A DNA stretch of 64,000 bases from Balanoglossus misakiensis (lineage: Eukaryota > Animalia > Hemichordata). The position numbers and the translations under genes were made by a program. The notes beneath the pieces were generated by a model. That model was not told the DNA's origin. It did not search any database and was given only the letters and a program-made list of their open reading frames with translations. The DNA lies in the NCBI GenBank assembly GCA_040954595.2, contig CM082590.2:11470655-11534654 (forward strand), in the 5' to 3' direction. Shown piece by piece: positions 42,101 through 57,100 of this stretch. Numbering within the stretch: the first letter of the stretch is position 1; the number at the start of each line of letters is the position of its first letter.

Positions 42101-45100
42101 CTGTTCTGGCTTAAAGTTATCCAGAACTACGCCCTGTTTCACCATGCCGTTCTGCCATAGACTGATCCACAACAACGTTCTGTTTCACCGCCTCATTCTG
42201 GCAGAGACTGATCCACAACAACCACCTGTTGCACCGTGCTGTTCTGGCTTAAAGTTATCCAGAACTACGCCCTGTTTCACCATGCCGTTCTGCCATAGAC
42301 TGATCCACAACAACGTTCTGTTTCACCGCCTCATTCTGGCAGAGACTGATCCACAACAACCACCTGTTGCATCGTGCTGTTCTGGCTTAAAGTTATCCAG
42401 AACTACGCCCTGTTTCACCATGCCGTTCTGCCATAGACTGATCCACAACAACGTTCCGTTTCACCGCCTCGTTCTGGCAGAGACTGATCCACAACAACCA
42501 CCTGTTGCACCGTGCTGTTCTGGCTTAAAGTTATCCACAACTACGCCCTGTTTCACCATGCCGTTCTGCCATAGACTGATCCACAACAACGTTCCGTTTC
42601 ACCGCCTCGTTCTGGCAGAGACTGATCCACAACAACGTTCCGTTTCACCGCGCTGTTCTGGCTTAAAGTTATCCAGAACTACACCCTGTTTCACCATGCC
42701 GTTCTGCCAGAGACTGGCCACAACAACGTTCTGTTTCACCGCCTCGTTCTGGCAGAGACTGATCCACAACAACCACCTGTTGCACCGTGCTGTTCTGGCT
42801 TAAAGTTATCCAGAACTACACCCTGTTTCACCATGCCGTTCTGCCAGAGACTGGCCACAACAACGTTCTGTTTCACCGCCTCGTTCTGGCAGAGACTGAT
42901 CCACAACAACCACCTGTTGCACCGTGCTGTTCTGGCTTAAAGTTATCCAGAACTACACCCTGTTTCACCATGCCGTTCTGCCATAGACTGATCCACAACA
43001 ACGTTCCGTTTCACCGCGCCGTTCTGGCAGAGACTGATCCACAACAACCACCTGTTGCATCGTGCTGTTCTGGCTTAAAGTTATCCAGAACTACGCCCTG
43101 TTTCACCATGCCGTTCTGCCATAGACTGATCCACAACAACGTTCCGTTTCACCGCGCCGTTCTGCCAAAGACTAATCCACAACAACCACCTGTTGCATCG
43201 TGCTGTTCTGGCTTAAAGTTATCCAGAACTACGCCCTGTTTCACCATGCCGTTCTGCCATAGACTGATCCACAACAACGTTCCGTTTCACCGCGCCGTTC
43301 TGGCAGAGACTGATCCACAACAACCACCTGTTGCATCGTGCTGTTCTGGCTTAAAGTTATCCAGAACTACGCCCTGTTTCACCGCACCGTTCTGCCATAG
43401 ACTGATCCACAACAACGTTCCGTTTCACCGCGCCGTTCTGGCAGAGACTGATCCACAACAACCACCTGTTGCATCGTGCTGTTCTGGCTTAAAGTTATCC
43501 AGAACTACGCCCTGTTTCACCATGCCGTTCTCCCATAGACTGATCCACAACAACGTTTCATTTCACCGCGCCGTTCTGCCAAAGACTAATCCACAACAAC
43601 CACCTGTTGCATCGTGCTGTTCTGGCTTAAAGTTATCCAGAACTACGCCCTGTTTCACCATGCCGTTCTGCCATAGACTGATCCACAACAACGTTCCGTT
43701 TCACCGCCTCGTTCTGGCAGAGACTGATCCACAACATCCACCTGTTGCACTACGCTGTTCTGGCATAAAGTTATCCAGAACTACGCCCTGTTTCACCATG
43801 CCGTTCTGCCATAGACTGATCCACAACAACGTTCCGTTTCACCGCACCGTTCTGCCATAGACTGATCCACCACAACGTTCCGTTTCACCGCCTCGTTCTG
43901 ACAGAGACTGATCCACAACATGCACCTGTTGCACCACGCTGTTCTGGCATAAAGTTATCCAGAACTACGCCCTGTTTCACCATGCCGTTCTGCCATAGAC
44001 TGATCCACAACAACGTTCCGTTTCACCGCGCCGTTCTGGCAGAGACTGATCCACAACAACGGTCCGTTTCACCGTGCCGTTCTGCCAAAGACTGATCCAC
44101 AACAACCACCTGTTGTACCGTGCTGTTCTGGCTTAAAGTTATCCAGAACTACGCCCTGTTTCACCATGCCGTTCTGCCATAGACTGATCCACAACAACGT
44201 TCCGTTTCACCGCCTCGTTCTGGCAGAGACTGATCCACAACAACGGTCCGTTTCACCGTGCCGTTCTGCCAAAGACTGATCCACAACAACCACCTGTTGT
44301 ACCGTGCTGTTCTGGCTTAAAGTTATCCAGAACTACGCCCTGTTTCACCATGCCGTTCTGCCATAGACTGATCCACAACAACGTTCCGTTTCACCGCTTC
44401 GTTCTGGCAGAGACTGATCCACAACAATGTTCCGTTTCACCGCGCCGTTCTGCCAAAGACTGATCCACAACAACCACCTGTTGCACCGTGCTGTTCTGGC
44501 TTAAAGTTATCCACAAGTACGCCCTGTTTCACCGCGCCATTCTACCAGAAAGTTGACTACAACTACGCGCTGTTTCACCGCACCGTTCTGCCATAGACTG
44601 ATCCACAACAACGTTCCGTTTCACCGCGCCGTTCAGCCAGAGACTGATCCACAACAACCACCTGTTGCACCGTGCTTTTCTGGCTTAAAGTTATCCAGAA
44701 CTACGCCCTGTTTCACCATGCCGTTCTGCCATAGACTGATCCACAACAACGTTCCGTTTCACCGCACCGTTCTGCCAAAGACTGATCCACAACAACCACC
44801 TGTTGCATCGTGCTGTTCTGGCTTAAAGTTATCAAGAACTACGCCCTGTTTCACCATGCCGTTCTGCCATAGACTGATCCACAACAACGTTCCGTTTCAC
44901 CGCGCCGTTCTGGCAGAGACTGATCCACAACAACCACCTGTTGCATCGTGCTGTTCTGGCTTAAAGTTATCCAGAACTACGCCCTGTTTCACCGCACCGT
45001 TCTGCCATAGACTGATCCACAACAACGTTCCGTTTCACCGCGCCGTTCTGGCAGAGACTGATCCACAACAACCACCTGTTGCATCGTGCTGTTCTGGCTT

Positions 45101-48100
45101 AAAGTTATCCAGAACTACGCCCTGTTTCACCATGCCGTTCTCCCATAGACTGATCCACAACAACGTTTCATTTCACCGCGCCGTTCTGCCAAAGACTAAT
45201 CCACAACAACCACCTGTTGCATCGTGCTGTTCTGGCTTAAAGTTATCCAGAACTACGCCCTGTTTCACCATGCCGTTCTGCCATAGACTGATCCACAACA
45301 ACGTTCCGTTTCACCGCCTCGTTCTGGCAGAGACTGATCCACAACATCCACCTGTTGCACTACGCTGTTCTGGCATAAAGTTATCCAGAACTACGCCCTG
45401 TTTCACCATGCCGTTCTGCCATAGACTGATCCACAACAACGTTCCGTTTCACCGCACCGTTCTGCCATAGACTGATCCACCACAACGTTCCGTTTCACCG
45501 CCTCGTTCTGACAGAGACTGATCCACAACATGCACCTGTTGCACCACGCTGTTCTGGCATAAAGTTATCCAGAACTACGCCCTGTTTCACCATGCCGTTC
45601 TGCCATAGACTGATCCACAACAACGTTCCGTTTCACCGCGCCGTTCTGGCAGAGACTGATCCACAACAACGGTCCGTTTCACCGTGCCGTTCTGCCAAAG
45701 ACTGATCCACAACAACCACCTGTTGTACCGTGCTGTTCTGGCTTAAAGTTATCCAGAACTACGCCCTGTTTCACCATGCCGTTCTGCCATAGACTGATCC
45801 ACAACAACGTTCCGTTTCACCGCCTCGTTCTGGCAGAGACTGATCCACAACAACGGTCCGTTTCACCGTGCCGTTCTGCCAAAGACTGATCCACAACAAC
45901 CACCTGTTGTACCGTGCTGTTCTGGCTTAAAGTTATCCAGAACTACGCCCTGTTTCACCATGCCGTTCTGCCATAGACTGATCCACAACAACGTTCCGTT
46001 TCACCGCTTCGTTCTGGCAGAGACTGATCCACAACAATGTTCCGTTTCACCGCGCCGTTCTGCCAAAGACTGATCCACAACAACCACCTGTTGCACCGTG
46101 CTGTTCTGGCTTAAAGTTATCCACAAGTACGCCCTGTTTCACCGCGCCATTCTACCAGAAAGTTGACTACAACTACGCGCTGTTTCACCGCACCGTTCTG
46201 CCATAGACTGATCCACAACAACGTTCCGTTTCACCGCGCCGTTCAGCCAGAGACTGATCCACAACAACCACCTGTTGCACCGTGCTTTTCTGGCTTAAAG
46301 TTATCCAGAACTACGCCCTGTTTCACCATGCCGTTCTGCCATAGACTGATCCACAACAACGTTCCGTTTCACCGCACCGTTCTGCCAAAGACTGATCCAC
46401 AACAACCACCTGTTGCATCGTGCTGTTCTGGCTTAAAGTTATCAAGAACTACGCCCTGTTTCACCATGCCGTTCTGCCATAGACTGATCCACAACAACGT
46501 TCCGTTTCACCGCCTCGTTCTGGCAGAGACTGATCTACAACAACCACCTGTTGCACCACGCTGTTCTGGCTTTAAGTTATCCAGAACTACGCCCTGTTTC
46601 ACCATGCCGTTCTGCCATAGACTGATCCACAACAACCACCTGTTGCATCGTGCTGTTCTGGCTTAAAGTTATCAAGAACTACGCCCTGTTTCACCATGCC
46701 GTTCTGCCAGAGACTGGCCACAACAACGTTCCGTTTCACCGCCTCGTTCTGGCAGAGACTGATCTACAACAACCACCTGTTGCACCGTGCTGTTCTGGCT
46801 TAAAGTTATCAAGAACTACGCCCTGTTTCACCATGCCGTTCTGCCATAGACTGATCCACAACAACCACCTGTTGCATCGTGCTGTTCTGGCTTAAAGTTA
46901 TCAAGAACTACGCCCTGTTTCACCATGCCGTTCTGCCAGAGACTGGCCACAACAACGTTCCGTTTCACCGCCTCGTTCTGGCAGAGACTGATCTACAACA
47001 ACCACCTGTTGCACCACGCTGTTCTGGCTTTAAGTTATCCAGAACTACGCCCTGTTTCACCATGCCGTTCTGCCATAGACTGATCCACAACAACCACCTG
47101 TTGCATCGTGCTGTTCTGGCTTAAAGTTATCAAGAACTACGCCCTGTTTCACCATGCCGTTCTGCCAGAGACTGGCCACAACAACGTTCCGTTTCACCGC
47201 CTCGTTCTGGCAGAGACTGATCTACAACAACCACCTGTTGCACCACGCTGTTCTGGCTTTAAGTTATCCAGAATAGCCCTGTTTCACCATGCCGTTCTGC
47301 CATAGACTGATCCACAACAACCACCTGTTGCATCGTGCTGTTCTGGCTTAAAGTTATCAAGAACTACGCCCTGTTTCACCATGCCGTTCTGCCAGAGACT
47401 GGCCACAACAACGTTCCGTTTCACCGCCTCGTTCTGGCAGGGACTGATCCACAACAACCACCTGTTGCACCGTGCTGTTCTGGCTTAAAGTTATCCAGAA
47501 CTACGCCCTGTTTCACCATGCCGTTCTGCCATAGACTGATCCACAACAACGTTCCGTTTCACCGCACCGTTCTGCCAAAGACTGATCCACAACAACCACC
47601 TGTTGCACCGTGCTGTTCTGGCTTAAAGTTATCCAGAACTACGCCCTGTTTCACCATGCCGTTCTGCCATAGACTGATCCACAACAACGTTCTGTTTCAC
47701 CGCCTCATTCTGGCAGAGACTGATCCACAACAACCACCTGTTGCATCGTGCTGTTCTGGCTTAAAGTTATCCAGAACTACGCCCTGTTTCACCATGCCGT
47801 TCTGCCATAGACTGATCCACAACAACGTTCCGTTTCACCGCCTCGTTCTGGCAGAGACTGATCCACAACAACCACCTGTTGCACCGTGCTGTTCTGGCTT
47901 AAAGTTATCCACAACTACGCCCTGTTTCACCATGCCGTTCTGCCATAGACTGATCCACAACAACGTTCCGTTTCACCGCCTCGTTCTGGCAGAGACTGAT
48001 CCACAACAACCACCTGTTGCATCGTGCTGTTCTGGCTTAAAGTTATCCAGAACTACACCCTGTTTCACCATGCCGTTCTGCCAGAGACTGGCCACAACAA

Positions 48101-51100
48101 CGTTCTGTTTCACCGCCTCGTTCTGGCAGAGACTGATCCACAACAACCACCTGTTGCACCGTGCTGTTCTGGCTTAAAGTTATCCAGAACTACACCCTGT
48201 TTCACCATGCCGTTCTGCCAGAGACTGGCCACAACAACGTTCTGTTTCACCGCCTCGTTCTGGCAGAGACTGATCCACAACAACCACCTGTTGCACCGTG
48301 CTGTTCTGGCTTAAAGTTATCCAGAACTACACCCTGTTTCACCATGCCGTTCTGCCATAGACTGATCCACAACAACGTTCCGTTTCACCGCGCCGTTCTG
48401 GCAGAGACTGATCCACAACAACCACCTGTTGCATCGTGCTGTTCTGGCTTAAAGTTATCCAGAACTACGCCCTGTTTCACCATGCCGTTCTGCCATAGAC
48501 TGATCCACAACAACGTTCCGTTTCACCGCGCCGTTCTGCCAAAGACTAATCCACAACAACCACCTGTTGCATCGTGCTGTTCTGGCTTAAAGTTATCCAG
48601 AACTACGCCCTGTTTCACCATGCCGTTCTGCCATAGACTGATCCACAACAACGTTCCGTTTCACCGCGCCGTTCTGGCAGAGACTGATCCACAACAACCA
48701 CCTGTTGCATCGTGCTGTTCTGGCTTAAAGTTATCCAGAACTACGCCCTGTTTCACCGCACCGTTCTGCCATAGACTGATCCACAACAACGTTCCGTTTC
48801 ACCGCGCCGTTCTGGCAGAGACTGATCCACAACAACCACCTGTTGCATCGTGCTGTTCTGGCTTAAAGTTATCCAGAACTACGCCCTGTTTCACCATGCC
48901 GTTCTCCCATAGACTGATCCACAACAACGTTTCATTTCACCGCGCCGTTCTGCCAAAGACTAATCCACAACAACCACCTGTTGCATCGTGCTGTTCTGGC
49001 TTAAAGTTATCCAGAACTACGCCCTGTTTCACCATGCCGTTCTGCCATAGACTGATCCACAACAACGTTCCGTTTCACCGCCTCGTTCTGGCAGAGACTG
49101 ATCCACAACATCCACCTGTTGCACTACGCTGTTCTGGCATAAAGTTATCCAGAACTACGCCCTGTTTCACCATGCCGTTCTGCCATAGACTGATCCACAA
49201 CAACGTTCCGTTTCACCGCACCGTTCTGCCATAGACTGATCCACCACAACGTTCCGTTTCACCGCCTCGTTCTGACAGAGACTGATCCACAACATGCACC
49301 TGTTGCACCACGCTGTTCTGGCATAAAGTTATCCAGAACTACGCCCTGTTTCACCATGCCGTTCTGCCATAGACTGATCCACAACAACGTTCCGTTTCAC
49401 CGCGCCGTTCTGGCAGAGACTGATCCACAACAACGGTCCGTTTCACCGTGCCGTTCTGCCAAAGACTGATCCACAACAACCACCTGTTGTACCGTGCTGT
49501 TCTGGCTTAAAGTTATCCAGAACTACGCCCTGTTTCACCATGCCGTTCTGCCATAGACTGATCCACAACAACGTTCCGTTTCACCGCCTCGTTCTGGCAG
49601 AGACTGATCCACAACAACGGTCCGTTTCACCGTGCCGTTCTGCCAAAGACTGATCCACAACAACCACCTGTTGTACCGTGCTGTTCTGGCTTAAAGTTAT
49701 CCAGAACTACGCCCTGTTTCACCATGCCGTTCTGCCATAGACTGATCCACAACAACGTTCCGTTTCACCGCTTCGTTCTGGCAGAGACTGATCCACAACA
49801 ATGTTCCGTTTCACCGCGCCGTTCTGCCAAAGACTGATCCACAACAACCACCTGTTGCACCGTGCTGTTCTGGCTTAAAGTTATCCACAAGTACGCCCTG
49901 TTTCACCGCGCCATTCTACCAGAAAGTTGACTACAACTACGCGCTGTTTCACCGCACCGTTCTGCCATAGACTGATCCACAACAACGTTCCGTTTCACCG
50001 CGCCGTTCAGCCAGAGACTGATCCACAACAACCACCTGTTGCACCGTGCTTTTCTGGCTTAAAGTTATCCAGAACTACACCCTGTTTCACCATGCCGTTC
50101 TGCCATAGACTGATCCACAACAACGTTCCGTTTCACCGCGCCGTTCTGGCAGAGACTGATCCACAACAACCACCTGTTGCATCGTGCTGTTCTGGCTTAA
50201 AGTTATCCAGAACTACGCCCTGTTTCACCATGCCGTTCTGCCATAGACTGATCCACAACAACGTTCCGTTTCACCGCGCCGTTCTGCCAAAGACTAATCC
50301 ACAACAACCACCTGTTGCATCGTGCTGTTCTGGCTTAAAGTTATCCAGAACTACGCCCTGTTTCACCATGCCGTTCTGCCATAGACTGATCCACAACAAC
50401 GTTCCGTTTCACCGCGCCGTTCTGGCAGAGACTGATCCACAACAACCACCTGTTGCATCGTGCTGTTCTGGCTTAAAGTTATCCAGAACTACGCCCTGTT
50501 TCACCGCACCGTTCTGCCATAGACTGATCCACAACAACGTTCCGTTTCACCGCGCCGTTCTGGCAGAGACTGATCCACAACAACCACCTGTTGCATCGTG
50601 CTGTTCTGGCTTAAAGTTATCCAGAACTACGCCCTGTTTCACCATGCCGTTCTCCCATAGACTGATCCACAACAACGTTTCATTTCACCGCGCCGTTCTG
50701 CCAAAGACTAATCCACAACAACCACCTGTTGCATCGTGCTGTTCTGGCTTAAAGTTATCCAGAACTACGCCCTGTTTCACCATGCCGTTCTGCCATAGAC
50801 TGATCCACAACAACGTTCCGTTTCACCGCCTCGTTCTGGCAGAGACTGATCCACAACATCCACCTGTTGCACTACGCTGTTCTGGCATAAAGTTATCCAG
50901 AACTACGCCCTGTTTCACCATGCCGTTCTGCCATAGACTGATCCACAACAACGTTCCGTTTCACCGCACCGTTCTGCCATAGACTGATCCACCACAACGT
51001 TCCGTTTCACCGCCTCGTTCTGACAGAGACTGATCCACAACATGCACCTGTTGCACCACGCTGTTCTGGCATAAAGTTATCCAGAACTACGCCCTGTTTC

Positions 51101-54100
51101 ACCATGCCGTTCTGCCATAGACTGATCCACAACAACGTTCCGTTTCACCGCGCCGTTCTGGCAGAGACTGATCCACAACAACGGTCCGTTTCACCGTGCC
51201 GTTCTGCCAAAGACTGATCCACAACAACCACCTGTTGTACCGTGCTGTTCTGGCTTAAAGTTATCCAGAACTACGCCCTGTTTCACCATGCCGTTCTGCC
51301 ATAGACTGATCCACAACAACGTTCCGTTTCACCGCCTCGTTCTGGCAGAGACTGATCCACAACAACGGTCCGTTTCACCGTGCCGTTCTGCCAAAGACTG
51401 ATCCACAACAACCACCTGTTGTACCGTGCTGTTCTGGCTTAAAGTTATCCAGAACTACGCCCTGTTTCACCATGCCGTTCTGCCATAGACTGATCCACAA
51501 CAACGTTCCGTTTCACCGCTTCGTTCTGGCAGAGACTGATCCACAACAATGTTCCGTTTCACCGCGCCGTTCTGCCAAAGACTGATCCACAACAACCACC
51601 TGTTGCACCGTGCTGTTCTGGCTTAAAGTTATCCACAAGTACGCCCTGTTTCACCGCGCCATTCTACCAGAAAGTTGACTACAACTACGCGCTGTTTCAC
51701 CGCACCGTTCTGCCATAGACTGATCCACAACAACGTTCCGTTTCACCGCGCCGTTCAGCCAGAGACTGATCCACAACAACCACCTGTTGCACCGTGCTTT
51801 TCTGGCTTAAAGTTATCCAGAACTACGCCCTGTTTCACCATGCCGTTCTGCCATAGACTGATCCACAACAACGTTCCGTTTCACCGCACCGTTCTGCCAA
51901 AGACTGATCCACAACAACCACCTGTTGCATCGTGCTGTTCTGGCTTAAAGTTATCAAGAACTACGCCCTGTTTCACCATGCCGTTCTGCCATAGACTGAT
52001 CCACAACAACGTTCCGTTTCACCGCCTCGTTCTGGCAGAGACTGATCTACAACAACCACCTGTTGCACCACGCTGTTCTGGCTTTAAGTTATCCAGAACT
52101 ACGCCCTGTTTCACCATGCCGTTCTGCCATAGACTGATCCACAACAACCACCTGTTGCATCGTGCTGTTCTGGCTTAAAGTTATCAAGAACTACGCCCTG
52201 TTTCACCATGCCGTTCTGCCAGAGACTGGCCACAACAACGTTCCGTTTCACCGCCTCGTTCTGGCAGAGACTGATCTACAACAACCACCTGTTGCACCAC
52301 GCTGTTCTGGCTTTAAGTTATCCAGAACTACGCCCTGTTTCACCATGCCGTTCTGCCATAGACTGATCCACAACAACCACCTGTTGCATCGTGCTGTTCT
52401 GGCTTAAAGTTATCAAGAACTACGCCCTGTTTCACCATGCCGTTCTGCCAGAGACTGGCCACAACAACGTTCCGTTTCACCGCCTCGTTCTGGCAGAGAC
52501 TGATCTACAACAACCACCTGTTGCACCGTGCTGTTCTGGCTTAAAGTTATCCAGAACTACGCCCTGTTTCACCATGCCGTTCTGCCATAGACTGATCCAC
52601 AACAACCACCTGTTGCATCGTGCTGTTCTGGCTTAAAGTTATCAAGAACTACGCCCTGTTTCACCATGCCGTTCTGCCATAGACTGATCCACAACAACGT
52701 TCCGTTTCACCGCCTCGTTCTGGCAGAGACTGATCTACAACAACCACCTGTTGCACCACGCTGTTCTGGCTTTAAGTTATCCAGAACTACGCCCTGTTTC
52801 ACCATGCCGTTCTGCCAGAGACTGGCCACAACAACGTTCCGTTTCACCGCCTCGTTCTGGCAGAGACTGATCTACAACAACCACCTGTTGCACCGTGCTG
52901 TTCTGGCTTTAAGTTATCCAGAACTACGCCCTGTTTCACCATGCCGTTCTGCCATAGACTGATCCACAACAACCACCTGTTGCATCGTGCTGTTCTGGCT
53001 TAAAGTTATCAAGAACTACGCCCTGTTTCACCATGCCGTTCTGCCAGAGACTGGCCACAACAACGTTCCGTTTCACCGCCTCGTTCTGGCAGAGACTGAT
53101 CTACAACAACCACCTGTTGCACCGTGCTGTTCTGGCTTTAAGTTATCCAGAACTACGCCCTGTTTCACCATGCCGTTCTGCCATAGACTGATCCACAACA
53201 ACCACCTGTTGCATCGTGCTGTTCTGGCTTAAAGTTATCAAGAACTACGCCCTGTTTCACCATGCCGTTCTGCCATAGACTGATCCACAACAACGTTCCG
53301 TTTCACCGCCTCGTTCTGGCAGAGACTGATCTACAACAACCACCTGTTGCACCACGCTGTTCTGGCTTTAAGTTATCCAGAACTACGCCCTGTTTCACCA
53401 TGCCGTTCTGCCATAGACTGATCCACAACAACCACCTGTTGCATCGTGCTGTTCTGGCTTAAAGTTATCAAGAACTACGCCCTGTTTCACCATGCCGTTC
53501 TGCCAGAGACTGGCCACAACAACGTTCCGTTTCACCGCCTCGTTCTGGCAGAGACTGATCTACAACAACCACCTGTTGCACCACGCTGTTCTGGCTTTAA
53601 GTTATCCAGAATAGCCCTGTTTCACCATGCCGTTCTGCCATAGACTGATCCACAACAACCACCTGTTGCATCGTGCTGTTCTGGCTTAAAGTTATCAAGA
53701 ACTACGCCCTGTTTCACCATGCCGTTCTGCCAGAGACTGGCCACAACAACGTTCCGTTTCACCGCCTCGTTCTGGCAGGGACTGATCCACAACAACCACC
53801 TGTTGCACCGTGCTGTTCTGGCTTAAAGTTATCCAGAACTACGCCCTGTTTCACCATGCCGTTCTGCCATAGACTGATCCACAACAACGTTCCGTTTCAC
53901 CGCACCGTTCTGCCAAAGACTGATCCACAACAACCACCTGTTGCACCGTGCTGTTCTGGCTTAAAGTTATCCAGAACTACGCCCTGTTTCACCATGCCGC
54001 TCTGCCATAGACTGATCCACAACAACGTTCCGTTTCACCGCACCGTTCTGCCAAAGACTGATCCACAACAACCACCTGTTGCACCGTGCTGTTCTGGCTT

Positions 54101-57100
54101 AAAGTTATCCAGAACTACGCCCTGTTTCACCATGCCGTTCTGCCATAGACTGATCCACAACAACGTTCCGTTTCACCGCCTCGTTCTGGCAGAGACTGAT
54201 GCACAACAATGTTCCGTTTCACCGCCTCGTTCTGGCAGGGACTGATCCACAACAACATGCACCTGTTGCACCGTGCTGTTCTGGCTTAAAGTTATCAAGA
54301 ACTACGCCCTGTTTCACCATGCCGTTCTGCCAGAGACTGGCCACAACAACGTTCCGTTTCACCGCCTCGTTCTGGCAGAGACTGATGCACAACAATGTTC
54401 CGTTTCACCGCCTCGTTCTGGCAGGGACTGATCCACAACAACCACCTGTTGCACCGTGCTGTTCTGGCTTAAAGTTATCCAGAACTACGCCCTGTTTCAC
54501 CATGCCGTTCTGCCATAGACTGATCCACAACAACGTTCCGTTTCACCGCACCGTTCTGCCAAAGACTGATCCACAACAACCACCTGTTGCACCGTGCTGT
54601 TCTGGCTTAAAGTTATCCAGAACTACGCCCTGTTTCACCATGCCGCTCTGCCATAGACTGATCCACAACAACGTTCCGTTTCACCGCACCGTTCTGCCAA
54701 AGACTGATCCACAACAACCACCTGTTGCACCGTGCTGTTCTGGCTTAAAGTTATCCAGAACTACGCCCTGTTTCACCATGCCGTTCTGCCATAGACTGAT
54801 CCACAACAACGTTCCGTTTCACCGCACCGTTCTGCCAAAGACTGATCCACAACAACCACCTGTTGCACCGTGCTGTTCTGGCTTAAAGTTATCCAGAACT
54901 ACGCCCTGTTTCACCATGCCGTTCTGCCATAGACTGATCCACAACAACGTTCCGTTTCACCGCCTCGTTCTGGCAGAGACTGATCCACAACAACCACCTG
55001 TTGCACCGTGCTGTTCTGGCTTAAAGTTATCCAGAACTACGCCCTGTTTCACCATGCCGTTCTGCCATAGACTGATCCACAACAACGTTCCGTTTCACCG
55101 CGCCGTTCTGCCATAGACTGATCCACAACAACCACCTGTTGCACCGTGCTGTTCTGGCTTAAAGTTATCAAGAACTACGCCCTGTTTCACCATGCCGTTC
55201 TGCCATAGACTGATCCACAACAACGTTCCGTTTCACCGCCTCGTTCTGGCAGAGACTGATCCACAACAACCACCTGTTGCACCGTGCTGTTCTGGCTTAA
55301 AGTTATCCAGAACTACGCCCTGTTTCACCATGCCGTTCTGCCATAGACTGATCCACAACAACGTTCCGTTTCACCGCCTCGTTCTGGCAGAGACTGATGC
55401 ACAATAATGTTCCGTTTCACCGCCTCGTTCTGCCAAAGACTGATCCACAACAACCACCTGTTGCACCGTGCTGTTCTGGCTTAAAGTTATCCAGAACTAC
55501 GCCCTGTTTCACCATGCCGTTCTGCCATAGACTGATCCACAACAACGTTCCGTTTCACCGCACCGTTCTGCCAAAGACTGATCCACAACAACCACCTGTT
55601 GCACCGTGCTGTTCTGGCTTAAAGTTATCCAGAACTACGCCCTGTTTCACCATGCCGTTCTGCCATAGACTGATCCACAACAACGTTCCGTTTCACCGCA
55701 CCGTTCTGCCAAAGACTGATCCACAACAACCACCTGTTGCACCGTGCTGTTCTGGCTTAAAGTTATCCAGAACTACGCCCTGTTTCACCATGCCGTTCTG
55801 CCATAGACTGATCCACAACAACGTTCCGTTTCACCGCGCCGTTCTGCCATAGACTGATCCACAACAACCACCTGTTGCACCGTGCTGTTCTGGCTTAAAG
55901 TTATCAAGAACTACGCCCTGTTTCACCATGCCGTTCTGCCATAGACTGATCCACAACAACGTTCCGTTTCACCGCCTCGTTCTGGCAGAGACTGATCCAC
56001 AACAACCACCTGTTGCACCGTGCTGTTCTGGCTTAAAGTTATCCAGAACTACGCCCTGTTTCACCATGCCGTTCTGCCATAGACTGATCCACAACAACGT
56101 TCCGTTTCACCGCCTCGTTCTGGCAGAGACTGATCCACAACAACCACCTGTTGCACCGTGCTGTTCTGGCTTAAAGTTATCAAGAACTACGCCCTGTTTC
56201 ACCATGCCGTTCTGCCATAGACTGATCCACAACAACGTTCCGTTTCACCGCCTCGTTCTGGCAGAGACTGATCCACAACATGCACCTGTTGCACCACGCT
56301 GTTCTGGCTTAAAGTTATCAAGAACTACGCCCTGTTTCACCATGCCGTTCTGCCATAGACTGATCCACAACAACGTTCCGTTTCACCGCCTCGTTCTGGC
56401 AGAGACTGATCCACAACAACCACCTGTTGCACCGTGCTGTTCTGGCTTAAAGTTATCCAGAACTACGCCCTGTTTCACCATGCCGTTCTGCCATAGACTG
56501 ATCCACAACAACGTTCCGTTTCACCGCCTCGTTCTGGCAGAGACTGATGCACAACAATGTTCCGTTTCACCGCCTCATTCTGGCAGAGACTGATCCACAA
56601 CAACCACCTGTTGCACCGTGCTGTTCTGGCTTAAAGTTATCAAGAACTACGCCCTGTTTCACCATGCCGTTCTGCCATAGACTGATCCACAACAACGTTC
56701 CGTTTCACCGCCTCGTTCTGGCAGAGACTGATCCACAACAACCACCTGTTGCACCGTGCTGTTCTGGCTTAAAGTTATCAAGAACTACGCCCTGTTTCAC
56801 CATGCCGTTCTGCCATAGACTGATCCACAACAACGTTCCGTTTCACCGCGCCGTTCTGCCATAGACTGATCCACAACAACCACCTGTTGCATCGTGCTGT
56901 TCTGGCTTAAAGTTATCCAGAACTACGCCCTGTTTCACCATGCCGTTCTGCCATAGACTGATCCACAACAACGTTCCGTTTCACCGCCTCGTTCTGGCAG
57001 AGACTGATCTACAACAACCACCTGTTGCACCGTGCTGTTCTGGCTTAAAGTTATCAAGAACTACGCCCTGTTTCACCATGCCGTTCTGCCATAGACTGAT